The notes below the pieces were generated by a model. It made no database searches. It was not told where the DNA came from and saw only the letters and a program-made list of their open reading frames with translations. The translations under genes and the position numbers were made by a program. A stretch of 64,000 nt of DNA. Source: Eledone cirrhosa. Lineage: Eukaryota. Each line of letters opens with the position of its first letter. Position 1 is the stretch's first letter. The stretch spans positions 260,462,001 through 260,526,000 of the forward strand of contig OZ024742.1 of the NCBI GenBank assembly GCA_964016885.1, given 5' to 3'. Shown here piece after piece: positions 20,308 to 33,700 of this stretch.

Positions 20308-23108
20308 CATCATCATCATCATTTTACGTCCGTTTTTCCCTACTTGCAAGGGCGGGACGGGTCTTATTCAGCACAGCATCTCTCCACTTGTCACGGTCCT
20401 TCGTCATCTCCACCGTGAGCTTCTGAGGTCTGTTCTCACCACCTCCGCCCATGTTTTTCATGGTCTACCTCTACCACGTCTTCCTTCAACTGGCATTTCC
20501 TGGCACTTCTAACATCCATCGGTCATCCTCCATGCGCATCACATGTCCATACCATCTCTGTCTCCTCTGCCGTACACTACATTCTACAGACACAGTTTCT
20601 CTCTCAACACATTCATGCTGGGTCGTTCACGCACATTTACACTGCACATCCAACGGAACATGCTTGCCTCGTTTCTCTCCAGCCGTCGCATATCCTCTGC
20701 AGTTGCTGCCCATGTCTCACTACCATGCAGCATCGCGCTCCTCACACAGGCATCATATAACCGGCCTTTCGTACGCAGGGAGAAACCCTTCTTCATCAGC
20801 AGAGGAAGCAGCTCCCTAAACTTCTTCCAACCCGTCCTTATTCTAGATACTATGGCCTCGGAACACGCCCCTCCTATGCTAATCTGATCTCCTAGGTACC
20901 GAAGCTATCAACCACTTCTATAGCACCCGCCTGCATTTGAAAAATGTGTCTATCAATGCAACTTCTGTCTAATTTCTCTGTACATCTACTGCATACGTAT
21001 TTCTCCCTACCTGTTACTTTGCCTGCTATCCCACTACATCTCTTGTGTACCCAGGATCTGCATTGTATGCATTTTATAGAATTTATACCAGTTCCTTTTC
21101 TGCATATCGAACATGGCCATTTCCCTGACAGAATCAGAGTTTTGTCCTCTTTTCTACTCATCAACACTTTTGCCTTAGCTAGGTTCACTCTGTCCTCTTG
21201 CTTCCAACTCCTGTTTCCATAGCCAAAATTTATTCTCTAGCTCCTCTACTGATTCTGCTATAAGAACCAGATCGTCAGCATAGAGAAGTTCCCATGGACA
21301 GCCAGTCTTAACCTCCTCTGTTATGGCTTGGAGGACTATAATGAACAAAAGCGGGCTGAGGACAATTGATGTACTCCTACTTGTATCTGGAATTCCTCAC
21401 TAAACTCCATTCCTACCCTGACTTTACTGACAGCACCTCTGTACAAAGTTTGCACTGTCCTCACAAGCCATGCCTCAAACCTAGTTTCCTTAGGGACCAC
21501 CAGATGACAGATCAGGGTACTCTATCAAAGGTCTTCTCTAGGTCAACAAAGGCTAAGTATAGTGGCTTATTTTTCTCTAAGAATCTCTCTTGTAATTGTC
21601 TCACCAAGAAGAGGGCATCTGTTGTACTCTTCCCAGGCACAAAACCAAACTACATCTCGTCTAGTTTGACCCTTTCTCTAATTAGTTGTGCTAATATCCT
21701 TTCTGCCACTTTCATAACCTGACCCATCAGTTTTAAACCCCTATAATTGCTCCTCTCCAGAGCATCCCCTTTACCTTTGTAGAAATTTATGAGAATACTT
21801 CTGCACCAGTTTTGGGGTATGACACCACCATATATAGCCTGATTGATGATGCGTGCAACCAGTTTAGTGCCTATGTCCCCTGATGCCTTCAGCATCTCAG
21901 CAACTATCCCCGATAGTCCAGCAGCCTTATGATTTTTCATTTCCTTAATCGCCTCTTGGACACTATATTCGTCAATCTCAATAGCTGGTCCCTCTGTCGG
22001 ATCTACTGAGGGTAATTTCTCTCTCTCCCATTCGTTCTCCACATTCATCAGTCTCTCATAATGACATTTCCAGGCCTCCTTTTTCTGATCATTCGTCACA
22101 CTAAATACACCGGCATCATTCCGGACACATTTATCTCCAACAACATCCTGATTTGCATTGACACACTGCCTTGCAATGTGGAACACCGCACGTCTCTGAT
22201 CTTCCCGTCGCAGAACACTGGCAAACCTCCCACTCTCAGCCTCCCTGCGTGCTAAGTACAGCTGACGTCTAGCTTCTCTCTTAGCGGCTGTATATCTTTC
22301 TCTACTCCCACCCTTTTTCCAAGCCTTCCATGCTAGTCTTTTGTCTCTAATGGCCTTATCTACTGTGCTGTTCCACCACCAGGTCACTCTGTCTGGTTGG
22401 AGCTCTGCTCCAGCCACAAGTTTCATGAGTAGCCAGCAGTAAATTGTCACGCAAGAAATTCCAGTTATTATCTATGTCATACGACTCTAAATCGTCTTCT
22501 TTTTCGTCATACAAATCTTGAAGGGCTTTCCTAAATTTATATTTTAGTGAAAGGTCTTTTAGCTTCCAGACCTTTCTTCTCCACACCTTCCTGTATGTCT
22601 CAGTCCATCTCTTGCTTACTGATATCACTAACGACTAACCTATGCTGTGGGGTACATTCTTCCCCAGGGTATGCCTTGGTATTTGACACCATCTGCCTGT
22701 CCCGCTGCCTAACTAGTAAGAAGTCAATCTGGCTTATGTGCTCGCCTGATTTGTAGGTTATTAAGGTGGTTGGCAGGTTTCTGGAAGTTAGTATTGCAAA
22801 TAGTCAGTGTACTTGCATCACAAAATTTAAGAAGTCTCACTCATTTCTTGAGCCGTAACCGTGTCCACCATGTACCCCAGTGTAACCATCCTGAAGCTGT
22901 CCAACATGACCATTGAAGTCCCCTGCTAGCATAACGATGTCTCCGTCCTCTGTCATTGCGGTTGTTTGTAAAAGTTGCTCATAAAAGTAGTCTTTCTCTT
23001 CTTTGCCTGGGCCTGCTTGGGGAGCATAGGCAGAGATGTTTGTCAGTAGTCTCCTGCCTACAACTAATCTAAGCTTAATTATTCGATTACTAACTCGAAC
23101 TACCTAAA
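20308..23108 (-). mobile_element. RTE-clade LINE, 5'-truncated and degraded
   Basis: APE remnant; TWWWN, KGKGDALERSNYRGLKL, PWELLYADD; PHD-like WPCSIC..CIQCRSWVHKRC; MLHGSETW; (GAT)n tail. Confidence 0.9.
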
Positions 23109-23111
23109 TAT

Positions 23112-23149
<38 letters not shown>

Positions 23150-23351
23150 TACTTTGGGAGGGTAATGCTCCCGTTAGTTTTCATGCACCCGTTAGTTTTC
23201 ACTTCAATTTATTATAAATTTCTGGTCACTGAGCAGGTCACAGAATGTGTAACAAAAGAACTTTGACAATATATAAACAACCATCTGGTTATCGAACCAA
23301 CCAACCAACCAACTGGAAATGTGTACATGTCTGTGTATATATATATATATG

Positions 23352-23402
<51 letters not shown>

Positions 23403-23484
23403 GTTATTCCAGGTTGAATCGGAGGTAACCACAGTAAGTAAGGTACTCAATACATTGCAGAGTATAAAAGTTTTAATATAGATG

Positions 23485-23535
23485 AGATTCTACAGGACTA
23501 GAACTGTTTCATTCTTTAGAAATCATCAGGAATCT
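23485..23535 (-). ncRNA. Type I hammerhead ribozyme (predicted)
   Basis: AGAUUC-CUGAUGA-U UUC uaaa GAA U-GAAA-CAG uucuaguc CUG-UA-GAAUCU. Confidence 0.72.
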
Positions 23536-23786
23536 GGGTATCAAAAGATAAATATGGTATTTATAGGTCTCTTCAGGTGGTAGGAGAGGGTAGGGAGTGG
23601 GATGGGTAGAGGTCATTGGTTGATAGAAAAGGGAATTCATTAAAAGCTAATTCTTTAAAGCTATAATTGATATAGCTTTTAATGAATTCCCTTTTCTATC
23701 AACCAATGACCTCTACCCATCCCACTCCCTACCCTCTCCTACCACCTGAAGAGACCTATAAATACCATATTTATATTTTGATACCC

Positions 23787-23837
23787 AGATTCCTGATGAT
23801 TTCTAAAGAATGAAACAGTTTTAGTCTTGTAGAATCT
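23787..23837 (+). ncRNA. Type I hammerhead ribozyme, mirror copy (predicted)
   Basis: Same fold; stem III is CAG/UUG, so the substitution keeps pairing through G.U. Confidence 0.68.
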
Positions 23838-24109
23838 CATCTATATTAAAACTATATATATATATATATATATAGATGATGATATATATATATATATATA
23901 TATATATACCCATGCTAGCGTGGAAGATGGACATTAAACGATGATGATACATGTATCTATTCTCTCTTTATCCAACCTTTCCTGAAGAAGGACTTCTGTC
24001 CGAAACGTATTGTCCTCCACTTCCACCAAGCGTGATCCTAATATAACTGTAGAATTGCCTCCTGTGTTCTGTTTGTTTCAATTATTAACTATATATATAT
24101 ATACATATA

Positions 24110-24395
24110 CAATGTGACCCCCCCCCCCCCCCCCCCCCGTATTCGCACTCCTGGTTATTTGCAGAATTTTCCTTTTTTCGTGGCAATATATATATTTTTA
24201 ATGCTAAATTATTAATAACTGTATACTGTATTTGCTGTCTTATTGGTCGCCCAATAAGATGCTCACTATTTTATGTTATATTTTGACGTTTATAGACATT
24301 TTTATGGACCACGTCCAATATTCGTGGTTTTTCACTCTCTGCAGGTGCTCTAGGAACATAACCCCTTCGAATACCAGGGGTGGGGGGGACAACTG
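24110..24395. mobile_element. MITE (Tc1/mariner-pogo-like)
   Basis: Imperfect TIRs caatgtgacccc...gtattcg / cgaatac...gggggacaactg, flanked by TA on both sides. Confidence 0.6.
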
Positions 24396-25049
24396 TATAT
24401 GTGTATTTATGTGTGTGTGTATATATATATGTTACATTTTTGGAGGGTCATTCTGCCAATATATATATGTGTGTGTGTATATACATATATTTATATATAT
24501 TTATATACTATATCTTATGTTAATGTGATGTAAAAAGGACAGAGTGGCTTAGTAAACACCTCCCGCCCTCTGCAATCTTGTGATTACATGTGACTATAAC
24601 TGACTATAGCATTGATTGGGGTGGTGGGAGTGTTGATAATTACTGTGACAGCCACTCCGCTGACAGAGATAAGATAAAAATGTAGAGCCAAACAATACAC
24701 TGCAGCCATTTTGTTATTGTTTTACTAAATAAAACTCTGAATGTCTTCTAAGTGGATTCAGCCATTAATATATGTGATATGTAGTGGGACAGCAGTTGAA
24801 AGTTTGTTTTATTGATAATTAGTTATTGACCTGCACACATGTACGTGTATGTATCTAACCCAAGCAAGCATGGAAATATAGATATAAAATGATAATGATG
24901 ATAATGTGTGTGCATATCTGTATATGTTGTAAGAAACAATTAAAAGTGTGGGTTCCAGGAAGGGTATCTAGCCATGAAACATTGCTACGAAAAGGGTCCC
25001 GTAATTAGTGTGAAGCTTCTCCTGATATTTACACACACACTGAAGTTCT

Positions 25050-26585
25050 TAGCTATGAATAAGCCTCTTCATCTAGCTTTTGTTGATCTAAAAGGCTTTT
25101 GACAAAGTGCCGCAATCTGTACCTGGTGGTCCTTAAGCAAGCCATGTACAGAGAAGCTATCAGTAAAATGAGAGTAGATAATGAGTTTAGTGAGAAATTG
25201 AATGTGCAGGTAGGTGTCCATCAAGGCTCAATCCTCAGCCCACTTCTGTGTTATAGTTCTCCAGGCTATAATGGAGGAGTTAAGACTAGCTGTCATGGGA
25301 ATTTCTATATGCTAATGACCCTGTTATAGCTACAGAAAAAATTCCATCTTTTGAAACAGAAATCATAATGAAAAGGGTTTAGAGAAAACTTGAGAAAAAC
25401 TGAAGATGATGAAACCCAAATACCTTCAGTGAAATGGCCTTGCTCGATATATGGAAATGGAGTAGGTAAAAACTCTATATACTGTATGCAATATACATGT
25501 GGTGGGGTATCAGACTGAAAATGTAAACTTTATATGTAGATGATACACAGGATAGTTAGTAATAGGAATATCAGTGGGCTAAATTTTTTACGATCTCATG
25601 GAAATAGTTGATAGCTTCTCTTACCTGTGTGATATAATTAGCAATGGAGGAACTTGCTCTGAGAGCATAGTAGCTAGAATAAGAATGGAGTGGAAAAAGT
25701 TCAGGTAACTACTACCTCTGCTGACAAGTGAATGCAGCGGATATGCAATGGCTGGAGAGAAATGGAGCAAATTTGCTTTGAAAGCTGTGCAGTAAACAGT
25801 GAAGCATCGATGAACTGAGAGAAAAACTGGGTACAAGAGGAATTGGATGTAGTGTGCTGGTATGGACATTTAGCAGAGAGATATTTGGTTGAGTAGCTTG
25901 TTGGTTGCGAGAAGGATCCTTAAAGAAGATTAGGTTATAAGGCTGCGTGTTAATGTTTTTAAGTCCATGTAGGACCAGACCAGAAAGCACAGTGAGGAAA
26001 TATAACAAAGGTATATTTTTCACCGTAAATTATTACAATTACTAAAAGAGTAAAAAGCTGCTGGCATGCTGCATAAGTAAGTTGAATGAAAAAATGTGTT
26101 GGTCAATGTGTAGGAAGGATGTTGTTGGGCCCTGGCCGAGAGGGCCAAAGTTTCTTGCTAAGTTCTACATCTTGCCAGTTGCTCCAGGGAACGAATTTAG
26201 TAATGTCTTGTGTCCAAGAAAATGAAGTCGTAACTGTGAGGTAGAAATCAACAGAGGCGCGAATTCCCTTGCTGGGTGGAAGTTACTGCTTGGTGTTTCT
26301 ATGCCACAGACTTACAGGCCTAGTGACTGACCAAGCACAACCCAAATGTTCCACTGCGATAAGGTAGTGCCATTGCTTACTACAGACATGTCGTGTACAT
26401 ATGATATCCTTGAATAAAGAAGTACCAAGAAAGACCTAGGCAGAAGTTGTGGGAGCTGATACCAAATCACTGAAGTTCACAGAGAAGAGGATGATTGATT
26501 GTGGCAAGTGGAAGAATACTGTGCTGGAAAAGACCTGTTCTACCCATGCAATCAGAAAAGTAAACATAAAACTGGTGATGACTAT
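25050..26585 (+). mobile_element. Highly degraded RTE LINE 3' half with a nested unrelated insertion (~25870-26385)
   Basis: VQVGVHQGSILSPLL, KWPCSI and WKKFR remnants. RTE homology breaks at the WYGH codons and resumes near 26385. Confidence 0.7.
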
Positions 26586-27283
26586 ACACACATATGGATA
26601 TATATGTGTTTAGATATATATAATTCGAAATATAAACGCACACGATAAGGATAGACAACACAAAAAAGACAACCTTATCCCTTATTCATTAGCTAACTAC
26701 TGGATATCACAATGATTTCTGTGTTTTGAAGTTATGATCATTCGCTCCAACACACTTGGGGTTGAACATGACAAAATACGGTATAATAGTTCAGTGTGTC
26801 TTTTCTATCAAATACACAAATAAGACAAAAAGTATATAACCCAAGGTCGAAAAGCAGATTCAGAGGGCAACAAATTTGCAAGGAGTAAATAGAAAGACAA
26901 AAATAAATTCAAACTTTAATCCTAAGACAAAACAGCATCAAGATGTTGACAGGAGGGTAGCAGCAGACTGGAGTAAAGGGTCATGAAGGTGATGTGGGGG
27001 TCAAGAAAGTGAAACAGCAAGGGATAGAATGACACAAAGAAAAGGAGACGGGCAAGAAAGAAAAGAAAAAAGGGTCATATATGTATATTTTTTTAGATTG
27101 AGGTCAAAGAGGCCTGCATGGCTAAAAAAATGTGATAAGGATGGACAATGGAAAAAAACATGGACATATCCATTATTCATTAGCTAACTACTGGAGATTA
27201 CTATAATTTTTCTGCTTTAAATTTAAGATCATCCCCTCCAGCACATGATACACACACATGGGTATATTGGATATATCCATGTG

Positions 27284-27333
<50 letters not shown>

Positions 27334-27644
27334 CATTTATGTCCACTTTTCAATGCTGGCATAGGTTTGCATAAAATGTTTTGAGACAATGTTTTACTGC
27401 CAGATGCTCTTCCTGATGCCAATCCTTTTAGTTTTCTCTTACAACACACAGGGGTATAGTGTACCTATTCTAAAGACCATAATATACACAACACACACAC
27501 ATATATATTCAATCCAAGACCTTTTCATTCCTACCGGAGGAACCCCTCCCTGATTGACCTCCACCGCTTTCTGTTTTGGGTTTTTGTTCATGTCAGGGGT
27601 ACCGCTTCTCCAATTGCGGATTAGTGAGGCTATTTAACCCATAA

Positions 27645-27777
27645 TTGAGTGAACTGGAGCAAACGTGAAATAAAGTGTTATGTTCAAAAACACAACACAA
27701 AGCCCGGTCCGAGAATCGAACTCACAACCTAAGGATTGTAAGCCTGATGCTCTAACCACTAAGCCATGCGCCTTCAC
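27645..27777 (-). mobile_element. tRNA-derived SINE, family B
   Basis: Minus strand gaaggcgcatggcttagtggttagagc...gtgagttcgattctc followed by actttatttcac..tgctccagt. Related copies near 36900, 40437, 46435, 47870 and 55770. Confidence 0.75.
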
Positions 27778-27924
27778 ACACACACATACATACACTTCAT
27801 ATATATCGGTTACACAATAAATTACTTAACATTTAGGAGCTAAATTCTTACGGTAAACATTGATGCAATTCAATTCAAGCACTCAATGTACTTTTTCCAC
27901 ATAGGAATGACGGAGTATATTTAA

Positions 27925-28411
27925 AATAAGAAAATGCAAAATAGTTTCAGATGTTAAAGTCCTTTAATGATAAGGCTGTGATACATATTTTGATGCCAAC
28001 AGTGGCCACGCAATTCCACGTACCCAGTGCCATGCTCTCCTGTGCCACCTTACTGGCTTAGATGGGAGTGATTGATTGGGTTGGGGGTGGGAACTTGCCT
28101 AGGCTAGTTTCGTTATGTTTTGGGGTAGTAGTTAGATGGTCAACTTCACATTTGCACCTGCGCAAAGCTGTGGAGCTGTATTGGGGCTCACAAGGGAACG
28201 AGCAAAGGCTTCAGGAACATCACCTTTGTGCGTTCCCTTGTCATTTCAATTTGGATTGCCTTGGAAACGTAACCTTATTATGTAAGAAGCTGCCTGATGA
28301 GATCATGGCACTGAGTACGCGGAATCACGTGGCCACTCATCATCTAAATATGTATCACAGCCTTATTAATAAAGGACTTCAACATCTGAAACTACTTCAC
28401 ATTTTCTTATT
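27925..28411. repeat. Diverged inverted repeat (~115-bp arms)
   Basis: ~27925-28039 versus ~28299-28411, reverse-complement similarity. Confidence 0.7.
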
Positions 28412-29079
28412 CTATATCTATATATAGTATAAAAGAGATGTTTAGTGGTTGGTTGAATCACACGAAAACTACACACATACACACACATCTAAAGAGAGAG
28501 AGACACAGAGGGAGAGGCAGAAATAGAGAGATAAGCTGTTATACAGAGAGAGAGAGATACAATTAAAGTGTTAGATATTCAGAGAGAGAGTGACATCCCA
28601 CATCGGCTTAAACTATAGATCAATGTATATCAGTTGAAGGTTTAATACTATTGCGTTAGCTTTTATAAAGTCGTTTTACAGGCTTTGATTTTACAGAACA
28701 AAGAAAAATTGATACTATTTGAAATTAATCTACCCTCCAGCTTTTATCCACATACTACTTACAGACCATACTAACGAATCTAACACTTCAGAAGCAATGT
28801 TATGCGATATATTGCTGTGTTTCAGATGACGTCCTTTGGAGCTGAAAAAGATCATACTGACTATGGTTATTTCACATTTCAAAGGGCTAACCTTATCACA
28901 CACTCTGTCTCCCTGAGAAATATGTTAAAGGTGCACGTGTCTGTGAAATACTTAGCCACTTGCATATTAATTTCACAAGTAGGCAGCTCTATTAATCAAA
29001 TAACTGTTCAATTTATTTCACCCCTAACTCTCCTATGTAATTGTTCAGTTTCTTCAGTCCCAGCTGAACCGTAACAAGT

Positions 29080-29360
29080 TTTTTTACAGCTCACACCTAT
29101 GTAGATTTAGCTGGCCACATAGGTGGTTTCTCGGTTTTAATGATCGAGGCCTCAGTCCTATCATATTGTTGTTATAGCTTATACCTATGTAGGTTTAGCT
29201 GGCCTTAATACAAGGTTTTATTTCAGAGATTTCTTTGGTGTTTCAATGATAAGAGTCCTAGTCTTATGTTGTTACTGCTCTCACATATGTAAGTTTAGTT
29301 GGTCTCTTGCAAGGATGCGTCTCATCGGTGGATTTTCAGCTGTTTTAAATGATAGGGGTT
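29080..29360 (+). repeat. Dispersed ~95-bp tandem-unit repeat family
   Basis: Unit gttacagctcacacctatgtaagtttagctggcc...ggtttctc..gtgttttaatgataggg; also at ~36630-36700, 50550-50720, 51400-51795, 52220-52320 and 55880-56220. Confidence 0.75.
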
Positions 29361-29799
29361 CCTGTAGTATCATGAAATGCAACAGTGTACCTGTTTTAAA
29401 CAAGGCACATACACACACACACACACAGGCTATACTACTGGATTAAATTGCCATTTGTCTTCCGTAAACTGAACATTTTAAGTTGTCCATACCTAGTTAC
29501 TCTCCATGTCACATGTAATATCAACAATACAAACAATGCCAAACTACCACTACAGCCACCACCACAGTCACAGCCACCACTAATATCCTCACCAGCACCC
29601 TATTTAAAGTGAACAGGTAGTACTTAAGTACATAATAGTTATATTTGATTATAGCAATTGTCTAGTAATTGTTATTGCTGTGTAGTTAACAAGTTTTCTT
29701 TATAACCACATGGTTTTAGCTTCAGTCCTACTGTGCAGTACCCTAACAATTGACTTTTGTAATAGCCAGAGCTGCTGCCTGAGTATTTAACATACTAAG

Positions 29800-30095
29800 T
29801 ATGCCCTATAATGTGTGTTTGAGTATTTAACACCCCTGGTTAGCTCTACAATGTATGTCTGGGTATCTAGTACCTTATGCTAGCTCTACAGTGTGTACCT
29901 GGGTATTTACCACTCTATGCTAGCTCTACAGTGTGTACCTGGGTATTTACCACTCTATGCTAGCTCTACAATGTGTGCCCAGGTAGTTAGCATCTTATGC
30001 TAGCTCTACAATGTATGTACCTGGGTATTTACTTCTCTAAGCTAGTTTTACAATGTGAGCCTAGGTATTTAGTACCTTAGGCAAGCTCTACAATA
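29800..30095 (+). repeat. 40-bp minisatellite (~7 units)
   Basis: Unit tagctctacagtgtgtacctgggtatttaccactctatgc. Confidence 0.85.
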
Positions 30096-30769
30096 TGCAT
30101 CCTTTCTCCCAGTTACGTGCCTAAATCTAGTTTGACACTTCTGGCTCTAACCCGCTTTTTACACTACACAGGCCACTCACCCAAACTAAATCATGTGACG
30201 AGTCATATCAACATACAACCACCTTCACTGCTTTAGATATACCCATAAGGCTGTTTAAGGGTTTATTTATTGATCACAGGAAATTATATATTCAATTTAC
30301 AAATCTGTATAAAACTGTGTTCATTTAATGTTCAATAATGTGCCTCTCTAAGCTTTTACCCTAGAGAGTTGCTCAGATAAACTTAATAGTAGCATCATCC
30401 CTGCCTAAAACTGTGATCCTTTAAGGTTCAGTAATGTGCTTCTCTAAGGTCAGTAGTACCTTAGTTGGCATTCATGGTAGCACCATCCCACCACATAGCC
30501 ATGTATGTGCCAACTAAAGACTTGCTAATGAAATTTAAGAGTGAAAATGTGAGGCGGTCATGTCAGTTGTGAGGTGTGAGGAGGTCATCTCAGTTGTGGA
30601 CTGAGTGTCATGCTAGTTGTGGGGTGTGAGGAGGTCATGTCAGTTGTGGGGTGTGAGGGGGTCATGTCAGTTGTGGGGTGGGTGTCATGTCTTGGTGAGT
30701 GAATACATTTACAACAGATGATGAAGGACTGTAAAGATTGACAACACAGTTATGCAGTGAAAGTGAGGA

Positions 30770-33700
30770 CCTACCCTCCACTGTAGTGTCAGAGACAACC
30801 TACCCTTACCTGTAGTGTAAGAGACAATCTACCCTCACCTGCAGTGTAAGAGACAACCTACCCTCAGTTGTAGTGTAAGAGACAATCTACCCTCAGTTGT
30901 AGTGTAAGAGACAATCTACCCTCAGTTGCAGTGTAAGAGACAATCTACCCTCACCTGCAGTGTAAGAGACAACCTACCCTCAGTTGTAGTGTAAGAGACA
31001 ACCTACCCTCAGTTGTAGTGTAAGAGACAACCTACCCTCAGTTGCAGTGTAAGAGACAACCTACCCTCAGTTGTAGTGTAAGAGACAACCTACCCTCAGT
31101 TGTAGTGTAAGAGACAACCTACACTCAGTTGCAGTGTAAGAGACAACCTACCCTCAGTTGCAGTGTAAGAGACAACCTACCCTCAGTTGCAGTGTAAGAG
31201 ACAACCTACCCTCAGTTGCAGTGTGAGAGACAACCTACCCTCAGTTGCAGTGTGAGAGACAACCTACCCTCAGTTGCAGTGTGAGAGACAACCTACCCTC
31301 AGTTGTAGTGTAAGAGACAACCTACCCTCAGTTGTAGTGTAAGAGACAACCTACCCTCAGTGGTAGTGTAAGAGACAACCTACCCTCAGTGGTAGTGTAA
31401 GAGACAACCTACCCTCAGTTGTAGTGTAAGAGACAACCTACCCTCAGTTGCAGTGTGAGAGACAACCTACCCTCAGTTGTAGTGTAAGAGACAACCTACC
31501 CTCAGTTGCAGTGTGAGAGACAACCTACCCTCAGTTGTAGTGTAAGAGACAACCTACCCTCAGTTGCAATGTGAGAGACAACCTACCCTCAGTTGTAGTG
31601 TAAGAGACAACCTACCCTCACCTGCAGTGTAAGAGACAACCTACCCTCAGTTGTAGTGTGAGAGACAACCTACCCTCACCTGCAGTGTAAGAGACAACCT
31701 ACCCTCAGTTGCAGTGTGAGAGACAACCTACCCTCACCTGCAGTGTAAGAGACAACCTACCCTCAGTTGCAGTGTGAGAGACAATCTACCCTCACCTGCA
31801 GTGTAAGAGACAACCTACCCTCAGTGGTAGTGTAAGAGACAACCTACCCTCAGTTGTAGTGTGAGAGACAACCTACCCTCAGTTGCAGTGTAAGAGACAA
31901 CCTACCCTCAGTTGCAGTGTGAGAGACAATCTACCCTCACCTGCAGTGTAAGAGACAACCTACCCTCAGTTGTAGTGTAAGAGACAACCTACCCTCAGTT
32001 GCAGTGTGAGAGACAATCTACCCTCACCTGCAGTGTAAGAGACAACCTACCCTCAGTTGTAGTGTAAGAGACAACCTACCCTCAGTGGTAGTGTAAGAGA
32101 CAACCTACCCTCAGTTGTAGTGTAAGAGACAACCTACCCTCAGTTGCAGTGTAAGAGACAACCTACCCTCAGTTGCAGTGTGAGAGACAATCTACCCTCA
32201 CCTGCAGTGTAAGAGACAACCTACCCTCAGTTGTAGTGTAAGAGACAACCTACCCTCAGTTGTAGTGTAAGAGACAACCTACCCTCAGTTGCAGTGTGAG
32301 AGACAATCTACCCTCAGTTGCAGTGTGTGAGACAATCTACCCTCACCTGCAGTGTAAGAGACAACCTACCCTCAGTTGCAGTGTAAGAGACAACAACCTA
32401 CCCTCAGTTGCAGTGTAAGAGACAACAACCTACCCTCAGTTGCAGTGTGAGAGACAACCTACCCTCAGTTGCAGTGTGTGAGACAATCTACCCTCAGTTG
32501 CAGTGTAAGACACAATCTACCCTCAGTTGCAGTGTAAGACACAACCTACCCTCAATTGTAGTGTAAGACACAACCTACCCTCAGTTGTAGTGTAAGAGAC
32601 AACCTACCCTCAGTTGTAGTGTAAGAGACAACCTACCCTCAGTTGTAGTGTAAGAGACAACCTACCCTCAGTTGTAGTGTAAGAGACAACCTACCCTCAG
32701 TTGTAGTGTAAGAGACAACCTACCCTCAGTTGCAGTGTGAGAGACAACCTACCCTCAGTTGCAGTGTAAGACACAACCTACCCTCAGTTGCAGTAAGAGA
32801 GACAACCTACCCTCAGTTGCAGTGTAAGACACAATCTACCCTCAGTTGCAGTGTAAGACACAACCTACCCTCAATTGTAGTGTAAGACACAACCTACCCT
32901 CAGTTGTAGTGTAAGAGACAACCTACCCTCAGTTGTAGTGTAAGAGACAACCTACACTCAGTTGCAGTGTAAGAGACAACCTACACTCAGTTGCAGTGTA
33001 AGAGACAACCTACCCTCAGTTGCAGTGTAAGAGACAACCTACCCTCAGTTGCAGTGTAAGAGACAACCTACCCTCAGTTGCAGTGTGAGAGACAACCTAC
33101 CCTCAGTTGCAGTGTGAGAGACAACCTACCCTCAGTTGTAGTGTAAGAGACAACCTACCCTCAGTTGTAGTGTAAGAGACAACCTACCCTCAGTGGTAGT
33201 GTAAGAGACAACCTACCCTCAGTGGTAGTGTAAGAGACAACCTACCCTCAGTTGTAGTGTAAGAGACAACCTACCCTCAGTTGCAGTGTGAGAGACAACC
33301 TACCCTCAGTTGTAGTGTAAGAGACAACCTACCCTCAGTTGCAGTGTGAGAGACAACCTACCCTCAGTTGTAGTGTAAGAGACAACCTACCCTCAGTTGC
33401 AGTGTGAGAGACAACCTACCCTCAGTTGTAGTGTAAGAGACAACCTACCCTCACCTGCAGTGTAAGAGACAACCTACCCTCAGTTGTAGTGTGAGAGACA
33501 ACCTACCCTCACCTGCAGTGTAAGAGACAACCTACCCTCAGTTGCAGTGTGAGAGACAACCTACCCTCACCTGCAGTGTAAGAGACAACCTACCCTCAGT
33601 TGTAGTGTAAGAGACAACCTACCCTCAGTTGCAGTGTGAGAGACAATCTACCCTCACCTGCAGTGTAAGAGACAACCTACCCTCAGTTGTAGTGTAAGAG

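Larger units (their letters stand above)
23405..23852. mobile_element. Fold-back pLTR-like element with ~190-bp arms, each carrying a hammerhead
   Basis: 23470-~23665 is the reverse complement of ~23671-23852. The unpaired extension 23405-23469 recurs in reverse at ~17730-17790 and ~17810-17870. Confidence 0.8.

Noticed and set aside
23985-24015. CUGAAGA-a-GGAC uucu GUCC-GAAACGUA
   Set aside because: Core and stem II are good but adjacent stem I does not pair; counted only as degenerate.
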